From a virus (taxonomy: Duplodnaviria > Caudoviricetes), in the IMG/VR virus record IMGVR_UViG_3300028364_000013: DNA of 64,000 bases, one strand, 5' to 3'. Under the pieces are notes generated by a model. It was not told the origin of the DNA and did not search any database. It saw only the letters and a list, made by a program, of their open reading frames with translations. Numbering within the stretch: the first letter of the stretch is position 1; every line of letters begins with the position of its first letter. Made by a program: the position numbers and the translations under genes. This document shows positions 58,781 through 64,000 of the stretch, piece after piece.

Positions 58781-59551
58781 TTAATTCTTTACTTCATCTA
58801 AAATATTATATTTTAAACACCATTTTCTAACTGTATTATCAGAAACTGCATACTTATTTCCAACCCTTGTAAAATATTTAAATTTTTTAAAATCATCCAA
58901 TAGAACCATTTTGTTTGGTATTCTGCTTTTTCTTTTACAATTATATTCTTTGCACCACTTTTTAATTACACCCAATGAAACCCCTAAGTGTTTAGATAAT
59001 TCTAAATCACTTTTAAATTTCGAAAATACCAACACAAATTCTTCTTTATTTATTTTTGGTAAAATATTTATTTCACTAATTACCTTTCCAAGTTTTTCAT
59101 ATTCTCTTTTTATTTTATGACATCTTTTATAATTACCACCTTTAGGGGTTAATCCAGTTTGTATTAATGACTTTCTCATATTCCAGTCATTAATCAACAA
59201 ATATTCTAATAATTTTTCATTACTAATTTTTTCTTTTTTTATTTTATTTCTACCCCTCCAATTACTTGTTAAACCATGGCAGTTTGGACATAGACACTCA
59301 AGGTTTGTTTTTTTATTATTTGTATTATCCCCATCAATGTGATTAATTTCCAAAGGTATATTACACCCTTGCCATTTATTTAATTTACATTTTTTACAAG
59401 TTCTTTTATTTTCATATATAATATATTCTCTAATCATATCCCAAGATAAATCATCAAAATTTTTACTTAAAATATATTCTTCACGTTTTTTTCTTTCTTC
59501 TAAATTATATAACTCCTTTTTTTCACTAATTCTTAACCACTGACTTGACAT
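58781..59551 (-). CDS. HNH homing endonuclease
   Basis: LEINHIDGDNTNNKKTNLECLCPNCH; C-terminal HTHs. Confidence 0.88.
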   Translation of the reverse strand: MSSQWLRISEKKELYNLEERKKREEYILSKNFDDLSWDMIREYIIYENKRTCKKCKLNKWQGCNIPLEINHIDGDNTNNKKTNLECLCPNCHGLTSNWRGRNKIKKEKISNEKLLEYLLINDWNMRKSLIQTGLTPKGGNYKRCHKIKREYEKLGKVISEINILPKINKEEFVLVFSKFKSDLELSKHLGVSLGVIKKWCKEYNCKRKSRIPNKMVLLDDFKKFKYFTRVGNKYAVSDNTVRKWCLKYNILDEVKN

Positions 59552-59637
59552 AATATTTGTTTTTTATTATAAATATTATGAAAAAAGTAAAAGTTCGATT
59601 TTTTGTTAAATTAATTCGAACTTTTACTTTAAATTAG

Positions 59638-59710
59638 TCTCCCCGATAGGACTTGAACCTATTCTCTTTCGATTAAAAGTCGAAGGCTTCCCCTGTTAAG
59701 CTACGAGGAG
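59638..59710 (-). tRNA. tRNA-Lys(UUU)
   Basis: TTCGA-CTTTTAA-TCGAA. Confidence 0.88.
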
Positions 59711-59726
59711 GTTTTTAATTCTTTCG

Positions 59727-59798
59727 TGAACCCACCGAGAGTCGAACTCGGTTCCATAGATTAAGAGTCTATAGCATCACCACTAATGCTTTGGGTCC
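59727..59798 (-). tRNA. tRNA-Lys(CUU)
   Basis: ATAGA-CTCTTAA-TCTAT. Confidence 0.88.
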
Positions 59799-59899
59799 AG
59801 AATATGTTTATTATCAAGGCCTGCAACTCTATTGCTTGAGCAAGCCTCTTAACGTTTCTTATATTTCATCTTTTTATATTTCATTTTCTTTCTTTTTTG

Positions 59900-59972
59900 A
59901 GCTGTTGACAGGGGTCGAACCTGCGACATCTTCATTACAAGTGAAGTGCTCTACCAACTGAGCTACAACAGC
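59900..59972 (-). tRNA. tRNA-Thr(UGU)
   Basis: CTTCA-CTTGTAA-TGAAG. Confidence 0.93.
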
Positions 59973-59990
59973 ATATTATTATTTTTCTTG

Positions 59991-60063
59991 AGCTGGAGAT
60001 GGGTCTCGAACCCACAGCCTACTGCTTACAAAACAGTCGCACAACCAATCGTGCTCCTCCAGC
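59991..60063 (-). tRNA. tRNA-Thr(UGU)
   Basis: ACTGT-TTTGTAA-GCAGT. Confidence 0.88.
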
Positions 60064-60069
60064 ATTTTA

Positions 60070-60750
60070 TTACCAAGATTTTCCTTCTTTATAATTTTTT
60101 CTTCTTCTCTTTCTTCTTCTACTATACCTACCATCCCCTTCTGATATAGCTTTCCAACTTTTAGTTAATGCATGATGATTTGGGCATAAAATCTGCAAAT
60201 TATCTACTTTATTATTATCTGGATTACAATCTACATGATGCAACTCCAGCGGTATTTTACCTGAATATTTATTTACCTCTTTCCATCCGCACTCCATGCA
60301 TTTTTCTCCATGTATAGATATAAGATAAGTCTTATAAATTTTGGTATGCTCAGTAGTATATTCTCCTTTTTCTATTTTATCAAAAATCTCTTTTCTTTGA
60401 AATTCTTGTTGACACTTATTATTACAATATTTCTTATTTCCATCTATCTGCTCTTTACAGTTTGTACAATTATTAAACTTTTTTCTTTTTCTATTGTTAT
60501 AACTCACCCCACATGATTTGCAACAAAACTTTTTTGGATTAGACTTATTAACTTCAAACCCACATTTACACTCTAAACAACTCCTATCCTCACTACTTGA
60601 ATTATGTTCTGAAAATTTAACTCCAGATTTATTCATTTTATTCCTAACAGAATCAACACTCCTATTTAATTCTTCAGCTATATGATGAAATCTAAACCCA
60701 TCTATAACAAGCTTTTTAGCTTTTTCAAACTCTTCTTTGCTCCATTTCAT
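60070..60750 (-). CDS. HNH homing endonuclease
   Basis: LELHHVDCNPDNNKVDNLQILCPNHH. Confidence 0.88.
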   Translation of the reverse strand: MKWSKEEFEKAKKLVIDGFRFHHIAEELNRSVDSVRNKMNKSGVKFSEHNSSSEDRSCLECKCGFEVNKSNPKKFCCKSCGVSYNNRKRKKFNNCTNCKEQIDGNKKYCNNKCQQEFQRKEIFDKIEKGEYTTEHTKIYKTYLISIHGEKCMECGWKEVNKYSGKIPLELHHVDCNPDNNKVDNLQILCPNHHALTKSWKAISEGDGRYSRRRKRRRKNYKEGKSW

Positions 60751-60830
60751 ATCTATCTATTTTATAATAAATAGTTAAAAATAATGAGCTTTCAAAATTA
60801 TTCGAAAACTATACCACTTTCATATACCAG

Positions 60831-60904
60831 AGCCTTGTATGGGACTCGAACCCATCTTTCAGACTTACCGAATCTGTACATCAATCCAACAATGCTTACA
60901 AGGC
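60831..60904 (-). tRNA. tRNA-Thr(GGU), atypical C33
   Basis: CAGAT-TCGGTAA-GTCTG. Confidence 0.8.
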
Positions 60905-60930
60905 ATATTTCAAATAACTTTTACTTTTTG

Positions 60931-61016
60931 GGTGAAAGATGGGTTCTGACCCCACGACCTCCCGATTCACAGTCGGGCGCTCTACGACTTTCGTCTCCAG
61001 CTGAGCTACAATCACC
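60931..61016 (-). tRNA. tRNA-His(GUG) with an extra hairpin in the D loop
   Basis: G-1:C73, CCCGA-CTGTGAA-TCGGG, GAC-GAAA-GTC insertion, T loop GTCAGAA. Confidence 0.75.
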
Positions 61017-61053
61017 ATATTAAATTAAAAAGAACTTTTTCTTTTTTTTGTTG

Positions 61054-61126
61054 AGGACCCACCGAGACTCGAACTCGAAATCGCAGATTAACAGTCTGAA
61101 GTGATAACCAATTTCACCATAGGTCC
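61054..61126 (-). tRNA. tRNA-Asn(GUU), atypical U73
   Basis: TCAGA-CTGTTAA-TCTGC. Confidence 0.82.
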
Positions 61127-61136
61127 TTAATTTATT

Positions 61137-61595
61137 TTATTTACTCTTTTCTATTTCTTCATGTATTTCAGCATGACAATTAGAACACACTAAAATACAT
61201 TTATCTAATTCTTTTTTTACTTTTTCCCAAGACCTCGTATAACCTTTGTGACCTATACCAAATTCTTTTTCATTTGGGTTTAAATGATGAAACTCTAAAG
61301 CTCTACTACATTTATTATACCCACACCTTTCACAACAACCACCTTTATACTCAATTGACAATTGCTTAACCTTTTTCCTTCTATTTTGAACTGCTTCAAC
61401 ATTTTTCTTTCTTTTATCTTCTTTTTGAAGGGGTGATAAAGTTCTTTTACTTACATATTCTAACACTGTAGTTTTACTCACTCCAAACTCTTTAGCTACA
61501 ATCCTTGATGATTTTCCAGAATTATACTCTTTTTTAATTAATTTAATTAGTTCTTCACTAATTTTTTTTCCTTTTTTACTTTTTAATTCGTCCAT
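61137..61595 (-). CDS. HNH endonuclease
   Basis: YKGGCCERCGY, LEFHHL, CILVCSNCHAEIH; same family as 35668..35985. Confidence 0.88.
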   Translation of the reverse strand: MDELKSKKGKKISEELIKLIKKEYNSGKSSRIVAKEFGVSKTTVLEYVSKRTLSPLQKEDKRKKNVEAVQNRRKKVKQLSIEYKGGCCERCGYNKCSRALEFHHLNPNEKEFGIGHKGYTRSWEKVKKELDKCILVCSNCHAEIHEEIEKSK

Positions 61596-61649
61596 AATAT
61601 TAACTTTGTTTGTTAAAAAATAGGACTAAATTTTTCAAAGCATCACTTG

Positions 61650-61721
61650 CGACTCCAACGGGGCTCGAACCCATAACAAATGATTAACAGTCAAACGTGA
61701 TACCAATTTCACCATAGAGTC
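61650..61721 (-). tRNA. tRNA-Asn(GUU)
   Basis: Loop CTGTTAA, G73, weak anticodon stem. Confidence 0.8.
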
Positions 61722-61770
61722 ATATTTCAAATTTTAAGATTCTGAACGTTTCTCAAAAACCTTTGGACAC

Positions 61771-61799
61771 AAAAAAAGCCCGACCTATTGGCCGAGCTT
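61771..61799 (-). terminator. attenuator terminator of the Asn/Ile/Thr/Lys/His leader
   Basis: AAGCTCGGCC-AATA-GGTCGGGC followed by 7 U. Confidence 0.9.
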
Positions 61800-61825
61800 C
61801 TGTATATTTTAAATTGTACTTGTGA

Positions 61826-61936
61826 TTAAATTAGTTCATCACTTCCATTTTTGCTTATACATAGCTCGACCATACCATTTTGCTTTTTATTGCAAATCGT
61901 ATTATTAATCGTTGTATGTATATTTAATGAGTACAT
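61826..61936 (-). CDS. leader peptide MYSLNIHTTINNTICNKKQNGMVELCISKNGSDELI
   Basis: 14 of codons 5-20 are N/I/H/T/K; between promoter 61985 and the terminator. Confidence 0.85.
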   Translation of the reverse strand: MYSLNIHTTINNTICNKKQNGMVELCISKNGSDELI

Positions 61937-61984
61937 TGTGTTTCTTTTTTCTAAATAGTAATTAAAAATTCTTTTTTTGTTTTC

Positions 61985-62010
61985 TTCTACGCAAATATAT
62001 AACTTTTGTT
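61985..62010 (-). promoter_or_regulatory. ECF-type promoter of the Asn/His/Thr/Lys/Ile tRNA unit
   Basis: AGAAC-N16-CGTAGAA with embedded TATATTTG. Confidence 0.7.
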
Positions 62011-62115
62011 CTATTAAATCCAAATCTTTTTTAAAGAAATATTGAAAATAATTCGTAACTGCTTGATAATCAAATAAAAAGGGAGTAAACTTTTTTTCAC
62101 TCCCTTTCAATTATT

Positions 62116-62415
62116 TTACCTGTTTGGCTGTGGTCTACGTGTCCACGTTCCATTTTCAAGTCTGTAAACTCCTTGTTTAACCCATTTCTCCCAGCCGTTA
62201 GATTTGATTTTGAAGTGGTCCTCCAAGTGTGATACAGTAAAATTCCAGGATTCGAATCGACCTAAGCCTGATTCATCTCTCGCTATCCTGATAGCCTCTT
62301 GTTCCGATTTCTCTCTTGTCCAAGCTTCTGGTGTAGAAGTTTCGATGTAGAAAGAGGGGGCACGATGGCCAGCGCTGTGCTGGGTATCCACCCTCCATAA
62401 TCTTAGTTTATTCAT
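62116..62415 (-). CDS. hypothetical protein
   Basis: 99-aa ORF followed by a hairpin terminator near 62077..62108. Confidence 0.6.
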   Translation of the reverse strand: MNKLRLWRVDTQHSAGHRAPSFYIETSTPEAWTREKSEQEAIRIARDESGLGRFESWNFTVSHLEDHFKIKSNGWEKWVKQGVYRLENGTWTRRPQPNR

Positions 62416-62492
62416 AATATGAATTTAATCCATTGACTAAATCCAAGTTATGTGCTATCGAGGTAATATGTTTTTGTGTTCTTCATGCGTTT

Positions 62493-63227
62493 TTAAATAA
62501 GTATTTTTTTTGTAATCTCATCCCAACGTGCCTCAAGCATTTTGCAATAAGCAATTTTATTTAGTCCATATGCACTAAGACCAAATGCGTCATTCATTTC
62601 TATAAGAAGCGTTTTTCCATCTGCAGTAACTCCGAAATCAATTGAGTAAGCCATTGGCTGAACTGCATAATCTCTTATTGCAGACTCAATAATACTATAA
62701 TCTGGAGATATAGTAAAGTCCCCAGTATAATTCTTGCTCCCTATAAGACCTCCATTTAATACAAAACATCTATACTCTGTGACAAAATCAACACATTCTG
62801 ACACTATCAAAGGAGTGTTCGGATTGCATCTAAGCTTCGCTTGCAACAAGTCATGCTTTGATTTAACTACATAACCAGTAAACAACTTATGCTGATATAG
62901 CGGCTTTATAAAGAAAGGAAAAGCTCCTTCTGTTTTAGAATATTCTTCAACATCTTTAAATTCCATTTCAAAAACTTTTCTTCCCATATATTCTGGAAGG
63001 TGGTGATGCGGATTATCTATCCTTGGCTGAAGTATGTGAAGCTCATCAAATATTTTTCTGATTGTATTGATTCCTCCTACAACAATTGGGTTTGTACTAT
63101 GATTAATTTCCTCTGAATTTTCAAAACCAATCACTCTATATCCCATTTGCCCAAAACCAGCAGCGGCTTCATAACAGTTAACGCTTAAGAATTTATTCCC
63201 AGCTCTTTGTATATAGACTTCTCTCAT
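62493..63227 (-). CDS. ATP-grasp protein (DUF4343/R2K-like)
   Basis: FFIKP...KLFTG, EYRCFV, SIDFG, LIEMND. Confidence 0.8.
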   Translation of the reverse strand: MREVYIQRAGNKFLSVNCYEAAAGFGQMGYRVIGFENSEEINHSTNPIVVGGINTIRKIFDELHILQPRIDNPHHHLPEYMGRKVFEMEFKDVEEYSKTEGAFPFFIKPLYQHKLFTGYVVKSKHDLLQAKLRCNPNTPLIVSECVDFVTEYRCFVLNGGLIGSKNYTGDFTISPDYSIIESAIRDYAVQPMAYSIDFGVTADGKTLLIEMNDAFGLSAYGLNKIAYCKMLEARWDEITKKILI

Positions 63228-63295
63228 TATTCAAATTTAGTAAAAAAAGGGGGAAACTAAAATATTAATTTCCCCTTTCTCTTATAAGATGGTTT

Positions 63296-63676
63296 TTAGA
63301 ACGGTAAATCATCCGCAGCTTGAGCTCCTGGAGCTGCTACTGGCGTTTGGTTTACTGGGGCCTCTGTTGGCGCAGAAGCTGCCGCAGGAACACCTGCTTC
63401 AATTCTCCACATGTCAAGAGAGTTCCAATATCTTACGTTACCTTGAGCATCAGGTTTCCCTTCTCTACCTCTAAGGTTGTAGTGTACTGTTACATCACTT
63501 CCTACTGTGAATGTGCTCAACGCATCGCACTTATCGTTTGTTGCTTGAACTGTGATATGTTGTGGGTATTGACTATCTGCATCAATAGTTACAACAAATT
63601 CTCTTACTTTAAAAGTATCAGAAATGTTTTTCACTTCGTTTAATACTTTAATTTTTCCTGTTAATTCATTAGACAT
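63296..63676 (-). CDS. DUF3127-like OB-fold ssDNA-binding protein
   Basis: ELTGKI, REFVV, YPQ, YNLRGRE, acidic DDLPF tail. Confidence 0.8.
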   Translation of the reverse strand: MSNELTGKIKVLNEVKNISDTFKVREFVVTIDADSQYPQHITVQATNDKCDALSTFTVGSDVTVHYNLRGREGKPDAQGNVRYWNSLDMWRIEAGVPAAASAPTEAPVNQTPVAAPGAQAADDLPF

Positions 63677-63750
63677 AATCTTTCTTTTTTATTTTCTTTA
63701 AATTATTATATTTTAATATACAGAATTCCAGTACTAAAATCAAGTATTTT

Positions 63751-63981
63751 TTACTTTTTTTTCACTTTTTTTTCTATTCCAAAATCATAATTATACCACG
63801 CCCTCTCGTGAAGGTAATATAAAACAAATTTTATGATTACATCTGCAGCTCCAATAGACAAACCAGCCTTAATATCTCCCGTAACTCCCCAAGCAAGAAA
63901 AAAACTTGTCAAGGATGCAATTATTCTCCAAGTTATAGCTTTGAATAAATGTCTTTTCCTATCTATATTTGGTTTAGTCAT
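63751..63981 (-). CDS. DUF2061-like membrane protein
   Basis: RHLFKAITWR...LYYLHERAW. Confidence 0.85.
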   Translation of the reverse strand: MTKPNIDRKRHLFKAITWRIIASLTSFFLAWGVTGDIKAGLSIGAADVIIKFVLYYLHERAWYNYDFGIEKKVKKK

Positions 63982-64000
63982 TGATTAAGTATTTTGCCAC

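Noticed and set aside
32007-61023. Track ORFs spanning tRNA genes (32007..32282, 34844..35050, 56479..56796, 58115..58312, 59946..60149, 60784..61023)
   Set aside because: Translations of tRNA antisense strands
61826-62110. 94-aa ORF from the track
   Set aside because: Its 5' part runs through a terminator and the promoter; only the 36-codon leader from 61936 is plausible
701-63643. Many plus-strand ORFs overlapping real genes (e.g. 1128..1532, 11548..12045, 41764..42306, 48422..48970, 54673..55317)
   Set aside because: Antisense shadows of well-supported minus-strand genes, with no motifs or start signals
1-64000. Stop-codon reassignment
   Set aside because: Conserved genes are full-length in code 11 and no suppressor tRNA is present

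Overview
AT-rich, gene-dense segment of a very large tailed-phage (jumbo/mega-phage) genome. Most genes are on the minus strand in genetic code 11. The host is probably Bacteroidota: there are no Shine-Dalgarno motifs, TAnnTTTG elements occur, and a DUF3127-like gene is present. The left half carries host-takeover and anti-defence functions: an Eco57I-like MTase, a vWA/PP2C/kinase triad, nicotinamidase, DnaJ, a split Pnkp with Hen1, KptA, GluRS, AsnRS, PTH2, a MazG-like protein and an ADP-ribosylglycohydrolase. The right half holds 23 tRNA genes and 3 aberrant tRNA-like RNAs in clusters sorted by amino acid. It also holds many homing endonucleases, an IS605-type element, MetRS, RtcB, a probable reduced RNase P RNA, two paralogous 20-aa-repeat proteins and five putative virion-packaged enzymes sharing an N-terminal motif. 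Main discovery: four unannotated short leader peptides, each followed by an intrinsic terminator with a competing antiterminator, lie upstream of tRNA clusters. Their codon content matches the tRNAs downstream (7xGln then 4 tRNA-Gln; Asn/Ile/His/Thr/Lys-rich then those tRNAs; Leu/Phe-rich then Phe/Val/Leu/Arg; 3xCys then 2 tRNA-Cys). This looks like ribosome-mediated transcription attenuation of phage tRNA genes. All calls are by-eye motif and base-pairing reading; no searches were run.
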